Assembly (NCBI GenBank): GCA_051294905.1
Contig: CM119379.1
Location: 20,274,001 to 20,338,000 of the forward strand
DNA length: 64,000 bases
Direction of reading: 5' to 3'
From: Botryllus schlosseri
Taxonomy: Eukaryota
In this document: one piece after another, positions 50,138-61,600 of the stretch
Numbering within the stretch: position 1 is the first letter of the stretch
How the letters are laid out: every line of letters begins with the position of its first letter
The notes under the pieces: generated by a model
What the model saw: the letters and a program-made list of their open reading frames with translations, nothing else
What the model was told of the DNA's origin: nothing
Database searches by the model: none
Made by a program: the position numbers and the translations under genes

Positions 50138-51438
50138 GGGTAGAGTGGGGTAAACCGCCCATTCGAGGTAAGACGCCCACCATCAGTAAATTAGAACAAA
50201 GCGAGTGTTGAATGCGCCACAGTATCGCAAATATCGCCTAATGGACAGACGAATCTGCCACTTTGATTTCCACGCCCTGATGAAGATTTGTAACGTTTTA
50301 TGAGAATGACTCGCGGTGGAAGCGAGTGGCGCAGTGCGCTAAGCGACACTGTCACGACACTAATGGTTACTGGTTACTGCGAGTCTCGACACGACCATGT
50401 TTTTATGTGTCGGAGGTTTATCTGGGCTCCGGGCTCCTCATCGCCGATCCCGCTGCTCACGCAGCGCATTGATAGAAAAAATGACCGAGGAAGAGTGAGC
50501 CGAGCTCCGAAGTCGGCAGCAGAGACCCGAAGTGAAAGCAAGAATGAATGTATGAAAGTGTGGGAGTGGGAGCGCGCGAGCATGAAAAAGTCCAAAGACC
50601 GAAAGCAAAGACGCTCAACTGTACTAAATGCATTGTCGTGGGACACAAGGCCTACACAAGCCTCTGTTGTTGTGTGCAATATAAAAATAATAATGAGAAT
50701 GACTTTTACACATATTCGTACTTTTACAACCAAGGTCATATTTAGCGGAGGCTGCAGAGAGTGTTCCGGTCCTGTTTATGATTTCCCAGCGCGTAGTTGG
50801 TTTTAAGTCACAGTCCAAAGGCGAATTCGCACATCAGTAACCACCTACTAGCTGATCGGCAAACAATGGCGACCTCGAGGCTAAAACGCCTCCCCCTCCA
50901 GTGGGGTAAAACGCCCCACCCCTTAAAGTCCAGTAAATACGGATTGAGTAGTCGTTTATGGGTTCATCAAGGATGCCTTCTCGGAGAACGCCACTTCTAT
51001 TGAAATTGCTATTCGGCTGACGAATATAGGCTATCCCTCTGACTAAATAGGATAAATTTCAAAAATTCCGGCTTTGTTTTTTGATTTATCATAATCAGTT
51101 GATGAGGCGGAGCACCTTGTATAGGTCTGTGTATGGGGATTAAATATTTATCGGTTACTGAGTGGCATGAGGCATATAGTATAGGGTATAACGGGGTGAA
51201 AAGCCAATGGAGGCGTACGTTTTTCCCCACCCATGTAGCAAAACGTCAAATTGGTGAACATATAGATAAATGATGATTTTACGTATGACAATTGATACTT
51301 GGACTATCCAGACGATCGTGGTATAGAGTGGGGACGATATCTCGCGCGCAAATTCCTAAATTCAATCCGTTTCGACTAGTTTGGAGGATATATTATGACG
51401 TTTCCTGCTTAGGGTAGGCGCGTTGCCCCACTCTACCC
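50138..51438. mobile_element. pogo/mariner-like non-autonomous element carrying a nested SINE
   Basis: TIR GGGTAGAGTGGGG / CCCCACTCTACCC followed by TA. GGGGTAAAACGCCCC-type subterminal repeats at ~50150, ~50900 and ~51220. Confidence 0.65.
50318..50700 (+). mobile_element. tRNA-derived SINE-like element
   Basis: A-box-like GAGTGGCGCAGTGCG head, degenerate B-box, central GTGTCGGAGGTTTATCTGGGCTCC shared with 55505-55528, AT-rich tail. Confidence 0.55.
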
Positions 51439-52469
51439 TATTAAATAAATTCCAACTCTGAATGTGATATTGATATTCGAAATGGTTGTAATTACACTTT
51501 CTTAAGAAACAAATTTAGGACTCGCATTTGTAGATCAAACACAGATCATGATTTGGAGTTGGTGCGCGCACTACCCACAATATAGCACCAATCTCGCTCA
51601 ATATATTGTTGCGAGATTAAACTTTGCACTCTTAAGCTATAGGATAATCATAGAGTGACTATAATCCTTCGCACCGTTATATGTGCTAATTTTAACACAG
51701 TTCGAGTAAAGATCTATCTACTACTCTAGTAGTGACCGCACTCTTAACTTGACTATACACTAGGATTACCATATTTAGGTGAGGCAAATTCCGGTCACTC
51801 TTTAGCGTCCACTAGCGGATTTTAAAATGAGGTATGACACATTGTCTGTAAATATGACACCTCACGAGCAAAGCTTTGCCTATCGACCAGAGGTGGACAC
51901 GATCCGTATCTGAAGCCGCTAAGGTTACGACGGTGCATTTATGTGGTTGTGTGCTGTAACCAGGACCGATACAACATTTTTCAGCCCACTCCCATCCAGG
52001 TAAACACTAATCTTGAGCCCACCATATGGTAATCCTAATCGATGCAACTTCTGGGGGGCCATCTGGGCGTTAAATTTTGTGAATGAATTCTGTCTATGAT
52101 ATTGATTCTTCCATATATTACTACAAAATTTTGATTCTCTCTCTGCGCATATGAGCATAGTTAGCGGTATAGAGCAGGTGGAGGATTATGACTTCAAAAA
52201 TTTAGGGAACGTAATTATGCATCGTAAAGTCATGTCATGTCCCACGGATAAGACTATTTATGAGCCTAAATGCCGGTCCGCACCAGTGGGTTGCACATCC
52301 GGTGATTTTTAACCTTTTATGGTCGCTACCCATTTCTAATTTGAAAATGTAACCTAACTCGAAATTTAGTAAGCTGATTACTGGAAAACGGTCAGTGCCT
52401 TTGCCAGACTTATACTCACGGTCTATTTTGGAAGCTGATAACGTTCAACATCTTCGCGAACCCCAGAAC

Positions 52470-53583
52470 AAAGGCAAACGAACCCCACACTGTTTGCTGA
52501 TGATACTCACCTCCTCTCTTCCGCATCTTCGACGGCAGAGCTGGATGCCCTGACTGGTGACCAAATGCCCAAAGTCCATGAGTGGACGGCCCAGAACAAC
52601 CTTTGCATAAACGCCTCGAAATCGCAATTGCTGACAGTCAATTCAAAAAATAACCTAACCGTTAATATCGCTGGTCAGCCCGTTTCCAACACAGATAATG
52701 CCAAATATCTCGGAGTTTTACTGGACTCGAACATGTCCTGGAAGAGTCATATTCAGTCCCTAGAAACTAAATTATCACCGAAGTGCGGCCTGTTCTACAG
52801 CCTTGGGCGCTTCATGCCAGCATGGGTTCTCCTGATACTCTTTAAATCCTTAATCCAATCGAAGTTACATTATGGCATCCTCTGTTGGGGGGCTGCCAGT
52901 AAAACTGCACTCAAGCCACTGCAGAAACTACAGCATAAAGTGCTCCGAATCATAGCTAGGGCCCCAAAGGGGCCTGGCTGCCCATCCAATAAGTCGCTGC
53001 TGAAGAGATTCGGCGTCCTAAACATAGAAGATATGCGGAAACTAGAAATCGCCAAGTTTATGTATCAGTTTCACTGCGGTCGTTGCCCCGAATATTTCAA
53101 TGACTTCTTTACCTCTGAATCAAAAGCGCACAAATACAACACACGCGCGTCCACGTCGTCCAAATATCATATGATCGACCGAAAAGATCCTCGCTCCATC
53201 AAATATGCCGGACCTGATGTGTGGAACAGTATCCCGCCGGCCATCCGACAGTCGACGAGCATGTCCACATTCAAGTCGAAATACAAGCAATTACTACTAA
53301 ATAAATACAGTCCATCCTCAAGATTACCGGACCACGACTGACCTATCGATCTCGCTTCCCATGACATGCCGCCCTATTTCTTGTCGCTTTCTTTTTCTAT
53401 ACTGTATTCTTTACTTTCATTCAGTGTGCATGCCTCCTCTTTACTACGCCTAGGCCAAGGTGGGTGTCCGATTCCATTGACAAATCCAAGTCGCTTCGAC
53501 ATCTTCCTGTCTATTCATTGTATCGCATTTTTTTGTGGTGTATTGAACTGATAAAATTGCTAATAAACCAATGATGATGATGA
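52470..53583 (+). mobile_element. 5'-truncated CR1/L2-group (Crack/Daphne-like) non-LTR retrotransposon: RT C-terminal half with open frame, 3' UTR and (ATG)n tail
   Basis: In-frame PTLFADDT at ~52484-52507 continues into ORF 52565-53341 (NASKSQ, KYLGVLLDSNMSWKSHI, KLHYGILCWG, HKYNTR, GPDVWNSIP..IRQS.S...FKSK). Tail AATAAACCAATGATGATGATGA. Confidence 0.92.
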
Positions 53584-53620
53584 GGTTTAGAGCCACCATC
53601 TTTGACTAAAGCATCTAAAT

Positions 53621-53927
53621 CAGTGGTTCCCAACCTGGGGGGCGTGTGAAAGCATCTGAAATGGGGCGCGAAGAAGCGGCCAACTGAAAAAAGTTTCGCG
53701 CTCGACGCGGTTTACCTCCAATTCACGCATGTTTTTGTGTATATAGACCGAATTTCATATTTTTTAATTCTCTCGTGAACATCATAACGTTTTTTGCCGT
53801 CAAATAATCTGTTGGGGTTGCTAGCATCCCGGTTGGATTTTGTGATATGACGATAAGGGGGGCCCGAAATTTTTCACTATCATAAAGGGGGGGGGGGCGT
53901 GTTTTAAAAAAAGGTTGAGAACCACTG
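53621..53927. mobile_element. hAT (Charlie-like) MITE, 307 bp
   Basis: TIR CAGTGGTTCCCAACCT / AGGTTGAGAACCACTG, perfect TSD ATCTAAAT. Confidence 0.93.
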
Positions 53928-54311
53928 ATCTAAATGGCCTTCCGACACTAAGAATATACCGCTCTACTATAATTGCGATTATAATTAGATTTATTTCGGT
54001 AAATTATGGTTATTTTTATTAATTTATGATTGCATGTTCTGCGAGGGCGGTGGTACACGTATTTAAATCAATGAATGTGACACTAAATCGTGCGCAGCGC
54101 GAAAAAAAAACTCCGAGTGGCATAAATCTGCCCCCCAAAATAATATCGTTCATGTTGATTTACGAAAAAAATTGATCCTATTTCAAGCCTTCGAAATTCC
54201 GGACATTTAGGCATATTTTAGAATTTCCTCCCGGACGCAGTTTGAACAGTGAAATTTCGGACATGTTCGGGAAATTCCGGACGTATGGCAACCCTACTAT
54301 ACACTGTATAT

Positions 54312-55772
54312 CAGGGGTGTTGACTGTTGACCATACTGCCCGCCAGACTATTTAATGCGGTCCGCATAGCAATTCTGAGTAAAATACAAATGGTTGTATT
54401 ATCCAGCACATTTCAATCAAGAATTGAGATGTTTAACAAGATATATTTTCACGTAATATAATCCTCATGACAGGAAATGTTGGACATATTCATATATGCT
54501 ACATCATAACCATCCCACGGCAATGTTGCGTGCTGGGGATTCTTAAATAATAATGAACCAAACCCAGCATACGCGTTTACAGTGTGTATTTTTCTAACAT
54601 CGTATAGCCTATACGCAAGGCTAACGCCGCATCACGAAAAAAACAAAGGAAGCATATAAAGATATCAGATTATATTGTCTGGACCAGCAATTTTAGCGGT
54701 ATATACAGGGTTGCCATAGACATGGACCCAAAAATTAGGACGGTCGAAAAATTAGATTGCCGTTAAAAACGTTTTTGTACATTAGGGCTCTTCAAAAAAT
54801 TTTTTCTCAAATCGCACTGGCTACTTGATAAAATTGTTAGGTTACCTAATTTAGGCCTACACACCAAATTTGGCTCAATTCCAAGCAGTAGCCGCATTGC
54901 TACAGGAGAACAAAGTTTCTATTTATTACATAAAAATAAATAACAAAAATTTTGAAAATTTTCTGTTTACCCCGTGAAAGTGTTAGGTTGTCTATAGAAA
55001 CGATGTTCACCAAATTTGGTTCAATTCCAACCAGTGGAAGCGGAATTATTGCCGTCGAAAGATTTGGATTCTGAATAAAATAGTATTTACGGTGACCAAT
55101 TCTTTAATTCTTTATTATAGTGGCTGTGTGTAGCAGATGTGCGATCATAGATATTTGAAATATAGCTTCGTGTAACTAATACATTTTACGTGTGAATTAC
55201 ATGTAACGATTCCGCATTGGTGTTTTCACTTCTGTGCTATAGCTACTTTTCGGTCCATTTTTCGATAAAACTTTGAACTCAGTGTCAGTGTGCACTTTTC
55301 GCCTCCTCGAATTTGAGAAAGTGAAAACATAACGCGGTATAGATGGGCTGTTGTTGTTATGGTGTTCACGGTGTTTGTCTACTGCAATGGTCATTCACAC
55401 CAGGTCGATTTTTCTTTGCTTTGATTCCGGAGCTGCCGCTTTGTAGCACTGCTGTCCACTTCTAGGCTTTTAACACACCGCTTACGCGGATGAGAGGGAG
55501 AGGAGGAGCCTAGATAAACCTCCAACACTCAGGTAGGAATTCTACAGTCGACCTCGGTCGGACTCGAACCCTCAACCCATTGTGTTGCGGCTGTGGATTA
55601 TACCACTACGCTTTCTCGCCACGCCGTAGTTCTATTTAATGAAAGTATTTACTGCAAAAATCTCAACATTTGTTACAAGTGTGGTGGATAATATATGGAT
55701 TTTTCAATCTACTCAGAATCGCTCCGCGGGCCGGATGAAATCGTCTGGCGGGCCGTATGTTTGACACCCCTG
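54312..55772. mobile_element. hAT non-autonomous element, 1461 bp, with nested SINE
   Basis: Ends CAGGGGTGTTGAC..ACTGCCCGCCAGAC / GTCTGGCGGGCCGTATGTTTGACACCCCTG, TSD CTGTATAT / CTGTATAA (7 of 8). Confidence 0.85.
55385..55620 (-). mobile_element. tRNA-derived SINE
   Basis: Minus strand shows A-box AGCGTAGTGG, B-box GGTTCGAGTCC, then GTGTTGGAGGTTTATCTAGGCTCC. No intact cloverleaf or acceptor stem. Confidence 0.75.
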
Positions 55773-55874
55773 CTGTATAATATACATTCACATCCACCGT
55801 CACGTGACTGCATCTTCCCGGAGGCAGCCGCGATATCAGTCACTATTTCCGTCCTCAATGACTTCATTCATCAC

Positions 55875-56356
55875 TAGGGCAAGTTTTTGATGCAGTAAAA
55901 TCCGCAGAAAGTTGCATTTACGGACAAGTTCCTTGAAATTATTAGGGTATGAGATACTCGAATCGGTCCGTATCCAAGGCACTGTAGAAAAACTCAGCGT
56001 TGGCGACTTCGACAAAATCAATAGTTTAAAAAATTTGACCAAGTGAAAATATAATGTCCGGTGGCCTAGCCTGGACGTGTCACGTTAAATCAGAAAGGAC
56101 CTCAAATTCGAACGACCGTGAAATAATCAACCGATCTATTTACACATGGTGCCAAATATTTCCACTAAAAAGTTAGTTGCATTAAAAATCGAAAAAAAAG
56201 TTTCATTAAAAATCGAAAAAGTTACAAAAATTTGCATGAAAAAATGGAGAAAAGTTGCAAAAGGTTGCAATATAAGAATCCTCCGAACAGCTTAAAGCAC
56301 CACACTACACAACTTCTGAGTATTTAGGAAGCTGCAAACAAAGTTGCGAAGACTAG
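55875..56356. mobile_element. TAGGGCAAG-family MITE, inverted relative of 60241-60661
   Basis: AGGGCAAGTTTTTGATGCAGTAAAATCCGCAGAAAGTTGCATTT matches the reverse complement of ~60617-60660; 56220-56345 matches the reverse complement of ~60270-60420. Confidence 0.7.
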
Positions 56357-57739
56357 ATAGTCATCGATCGATATCACATACTGAGTTCCCACATACAAGC
56401 TCCAATTCCTCGAAGCTCGCGCACCGCAGGAAACGACAGCTTCGCGCACGCTAGACCAAGCAATCGGCGGTACATCGCTTGTTTATATAGGCTCAGGCCG
56501 TGATGAGGAACCGTGTTCTCTTTTTCGGCTATCATTTTATTCTCTCGTTTTCCGCATCTACTTTTTTCTGATTTTAAACATTCACGACGAGTTATTACGT
56601 CACAAACAAAGAAACTGGCTTACGAGAACATGAGAGAGGAAAATGAGTTCACGCATTTTTTCATCTACGAGACACTACGTCACAAACCGGCTGGAACCAG
56701 CTTGCGCTGGTTTTCGCCATGTACTATCGCCTGTTTTTGCCCCGTTTTCGTTGAGATGTTTACGCGTGGTCGCCAGCATATGTCTGGCAAGGTTAATAAG
56801 AATTACCGGTTTGTAGCAAGCTCGATGACTAGGTAGCCTCGAACCTCTATTAGTTCTCGTAAATTCGGTAATTCGTGTTCATGTAAGGCGGATATCATCA
56901 AATTATCAAACAAAATAGCCAGTCATTTAGCGATAGAAGACGGCACGCTATGGTTACGACGAATCTAATTCATAAAAAGCGGTATTGCTCCAATAAAGAC
57001 GAAGTGACTGTGCACTGTGCAGTGTACGTACACCCGTTAAAACTGTGTTTAGATCTCATTCATTCAGATCCGACACAGCACATTGCTTCTGAGTTGAGGT
57101 ATTCCAACCTATGACATGGCGTATGCCTCCTAGTGGCTTGCTATGTTGTCTGCAGTTTCTACATCGAGAGAGATAGAAAAGCGCCGTTTGATGTCGATAT
57201 GTTAATATAAAACCTCATCGATACGTTTAGTTGGTGAGCGGAGGTATTTCGTTATATATGTTGGTGAGTAAATAACAATTGCGGATTAGCGATGAAAACA
57301 AAACTGTCATAATTATTTTGTTCTGGATGTGTATCGTAGTTCGTAAGCGCAATGTCGCGGGACGCCGTGCATTAGCCTGTGTTGTTTGTTCTATGATTTT
57401 AGTCTAAAGCGGAAACCGTGTTGTCCTCGTTTAGTTAACATTTTTCAGGCTCTGTACAAGCATCATTTCTGATATAAACCACATTATAATTGTACACAGT
57501 TAATCACTGGAGTTGAATACAGTTGCATTGCATAGGCCTAGTATACGCTTAGTTTCTGATAAGCATATAGGCATGTCAGCAGCATATAACCTACTTTCAT
57601 TTTAGTGACATACTAGAATATCATCTTAATGATATATTCATTTAAAGGTGTACTTTATCACTTGTACTCGGAATACTCCATTTTACTTATTCGTACCCAA
57701 TATTTTTTCTGCTGGCTTTACAGCAGTGACATTCTCATA

Positions 57740-57793
57740 ATGTCAAACTGTGAGGAACTCAAGAAGCAGATCAAAGGATACATAGAAAGTTAA
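57740..57793 (+). other. Upstream ORF (MSNCEELKKQIKGYIES*) in a probable 5' UTR exon
   Basis: Lies between acceptor TTTACAG (~57723) and donor AAA|GTGAGT (57800/57801). Confidence 0.5.
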
Positions 57794-58675
57794 TTATAAA
57801 GTGAGTAACAACCTCAGAAAACATATATCTATGTGATTAAGTGTCGCTCATCTGTCAATTCTTCTTTTTAAATAGTGTTTGATAATTGATATATATATGG
57901 ACGTATAATGCGGTTTGAGTTATGGGCTCAAAAGTAATTGTCATTGCCATTAATGTAAACCTAAAACAGAATGGATAAGATTTCATGCAATTGTATGTAG
58001 GATCTGTCATGTCCATTGTCCATTTATGAAATTTATTCTTGGCATCACAACATGGATTGTGTTGCCTTCGATTGCCAAAAATGTTGAGGAATTGGTCCAG
58101 TCCACAATATTATGTTCACATTGTTCAGTTAACATGATTTTCCCAGATCATTTTACTTGACTAACTATTGATTTGCGAACTTGATTCAAGATCATAATCT
58201 GGTTTGGCGCTTCTCTGTTCATAGTTGTGTAATTTCAAAATGAAGCTTACTGTCCTGATATTTTATCTTTTTAATTGTCAATTGAGTAGTTTTTGCGGTA
58301 AAACGTTTTTGCTGTGGACTCCACAGACATCTTTTTTTTCGCAAACCAAGGTAAAAACACAGCCCAATACATTGACAAGTGCGTGTCTGGTCAAGCTGAC
58401 AAAACATCTTAGGCAGGGTATGTTTTGTATTTTAAGTTAGCGTACGTAATAAACTACACACAAGCAGCATTCGATATTTTTTTTCGCTCGCTATATCATG
58501 GCTACATCAATATATTACGATCTTTCGAATAAACAAAGTTCATTTTTTACAGTTTCTTCTCAAAAAAAACTAATGTTCTTTCTGCACTGGGATGCTTGCC
58601 CTAAATCTTGTCACTACTGGCATCAACTTTTAAATTATATTAATGACTGAATTAATTTTTAGAATAACGCAACAA

Positions 58676-61600
58676 ATGGCCCATGGCGCACCTGATCTCT
58701 CAGATCTTATGGCCGTTTTTGAAGAACATCAACAAGTGGCGACCACTCTTCATCAGATCAGCAGTGGGCAGAATGTTGATGTGCGGCAGGGGGTGGCAAA
58801 TCTGCCATTTCCTCAAACAGACCTTCCATTCTCAACAGATCTGGATCCACAGACTCAACTAAGCCAAATCCCAGAACTTGATCATGGTATGTGTGAATTG
58901 CATGGAACTCTGAAATTTTGCAGGAAATTGCCTGTTATAGGAAATTAGCACCATAAGGCAATATTTAGAATCAAATACTGTAAGTACTATTTGATGTTTA
59001 GATTATTTTGCAAATGTATCAATTATATACAGGAATTATGTATAAGCAAATTGACAGCCAAATCATATCATATATCACTGTATTTGTTAATAACAAGTGA
59101 TTCACAGAAGCGTATGAAATTATTTACGCATTTAAAAGCGAAGAACCATGTCTAAAGTGTCTAAACTAGGAAACTGTCACTGACGATTGTTTCTTCCATG
59201 GTTGTTGTGCTTGCGATGTGTTGATTTTTGATGATTTGATTAGAACACTCCTTACAATTTAACATTCGTCTGGTTAATATCACACTGTAGTAGGCCTAGC
59301 AGATGATGCCATTTTATGAAGTCCAGCTGTATTTGCCCTGACCAATCTTGACGGAGAGTGTTGAGACTCTAGGCCACTAATTAAGTAGTTGTGCTACTGT
59401 GAAGCAATCAATTATTTACATGGAAATATATTAGAATGAATGTACTAATATTTATAATGGTGATGAATGACGATGACCATTCAATGCTAAAAAACTAGTG
59501 GAGATTGTGGGTTCAACTAGTTGTTATTGATCGTGTTCCATGCTAATGCTAATGCATAGTCTAAGCTTGAGTCTTATCGCTTGTTCGTTGTTGTGTTTCA
59601 GCACTGCCAGGGAACGCATTTTTGTCATCAGACATTGTGCGTGAACCAAGTGCAAGGAACAATACATTAGGAAATGGAAGTGAAGGCATCGGAAGCTTGG
59701 GCTCACTTTTTTTATCATCCATTGAGAGCCAGATTGATCCTGTGAAAAACGAGAACCCAGCATTCAATCGTTCAATACCCCAGCATAATATTCCGAAAGC
59801 AGTTCCGTCGAAGCTCACGCAACAGAACCCATCAAATACCAAATCCACCTTTCAACAAATCAGAACCAATAATATGCCACATTCCCAAAGGAACCCTGCC
59901 AAGTCCAATTACAGTCAATATGGCAATAACCTTGACATGGAGCAAGCAACTGTGGCATTACACACGACTGCCATTAGTTCTGGGGAGCTGGCTGCAAATT
60001 CTAACATGGGGTCACTTCCATTTATCGTACCATCCGAAGTTCAACCGATCGTGCCTCATTTCCAACTTGGAGGTTAGTTGACATAAGGTATTTTTCGGTA
60101 ATTAGTGCGAGTGCGTATCTTACCACTTTTCTATGCTTTTGTAAATTGGGTACCTAATTGAAGACAGTATCATATCATCATGTAAAACAGGACTGATTCC
60201 AAATTGTGACTCCAACTTTGGTAGCGACTCAACTTATGACTACTGGCAAGTTTTTGTAACTTTTGCAACTTTTTTTTACAGCTTCCGACAGCTTCCTAAA
60301 TACTCGTAAAATATGTAGAATGCTGTTTTAAGCTGTTTGAAGGAATCTTATAGTGCAACTTTTTGCAACTTTTGTTCATTTTTTTCATGCAACTTTTCGC
60401 AACATTCTGCAACTTTTTTGATTTTTTGTGAAAGTACACGGCCAAATTGGACTGAAACACCGTAAATCAGCACCGAAGTAACGCTTTTACAGGTATTTCT
60501 GGAGCTTAGCCGGAAAATTGACCTTTTTTTTTAGTCAATCTGGGAAGTTTACCCTTTTTTCTTTTTTATTCTGTTCAACCGAGCAAAATGCAACTTCTGC
60601 AACTTTTGTCAAAAATAAATGCAACTTTCCATGGATTTAACTGCAACAAAAACTTGCCCTACTTAGTACTTATGACTCCTTCTCACTCCCAACTTCTATG
60701 AATTGAAGAATGTGACTCCAACTCCTAAGTTACTCAAAATGTCACAACACTGACTCCGAATCCCCAAACCTGGTTCTCGAATAGGATTGCAGAACCCCTG
60801 GCCACATTTAGCCCTCTTGTATTTGTCATATGCCCCGTGACTTAATTTTCTGACAGTATTCAACATAGCATAAATAGGTACGTTTGTATCAATTTTTTCA
60901 TGAAGTTAATTGCACTTATTGGTAATTTATATTCAGTTTATCCCCATTAAACTTTGGTAGAAATTGTCGAGCACTAAATTACGGTAAACCACTTGCTAGA
61001 TTTCTGATGTAATGCAAGCACTCGATTGCGTGCCCTTGCAGTACCACATCATCACATACATGATGTTACTTTCAAGGTGATTGTCAAGGTATTATTACAA
61101 TGCGCAATTGGTAGATCATCTCTTGTGTTATTATTTAATCTATAAATAGTTTTTCCCATCTGGAAAAATACATGATCAGTTGGAGCATTGCTCAATAAGC
61201 AAATATCGTATGATTCGGACCTTGCATAGACTAGCTTATTCAACCCCTTCAAAATTCTACCCGCCCGATGTAGCATCACTCTTCTGCTTTGTGTTTTTCA
61301 TACAGAATTTTAGAATGATAAAAGAATGTGCGATTCTTGCGTCCCACAGTAATCAAACGGTTCTCCACCCCTGGTATAATGACTGCTTTGTTGTAAATAA
61401 TTTACTATGTAATGTAACGACTGATAATTTTATGCAGATCTAGATATTTTAGCATTGCTCCATTTTATTTAGCCACACAAAAAAAGGTTCAAAGCAATCA
61501 ATTTGTTCATCCTCTGCCTGGTACGAGACAGCACCCAGTACCTACTAATCCACCTCGGCCTCTTTCTGCCGCATCAAGTACATCTGAACATTTGAGCCGA

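Larger units (their letters stand above)
51761..54296. mobile_element. Composite hAT element, 2536 bp, containing nested LINE and hAT insertions
   Basis: Left end TAGGATTACCATAT, right end ACGTATGGCAACCCTA. Identical 8-mer CTATACAC on both sides (51753-51760 and 54297-54304). AAATTCCGG subterminal motifs at both ends. Confidence 0.75.

Noticed and set aside
50275-50300. Second hammerhead (CCTGATGAAG)
   Set aside because: No stem II or GAAA follows.
50300-50806. 168-aa and 121-aa ORFs
   Set aside because: They overlap a SINE nested in a MITE and show no protein-like motifs.
51590-51620. Hairpin AATCTCGC..GCGAGATT as a functional RNA
   Set aside because: Short, isolated and within TE debris; no further support.
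55545-55620. tRNA gene on the minus strand
   Set aside because: It has A and B boxes but no consistent acceptor or anticodon stems, and continues into a body shared with another repeat; a SINE fits better.
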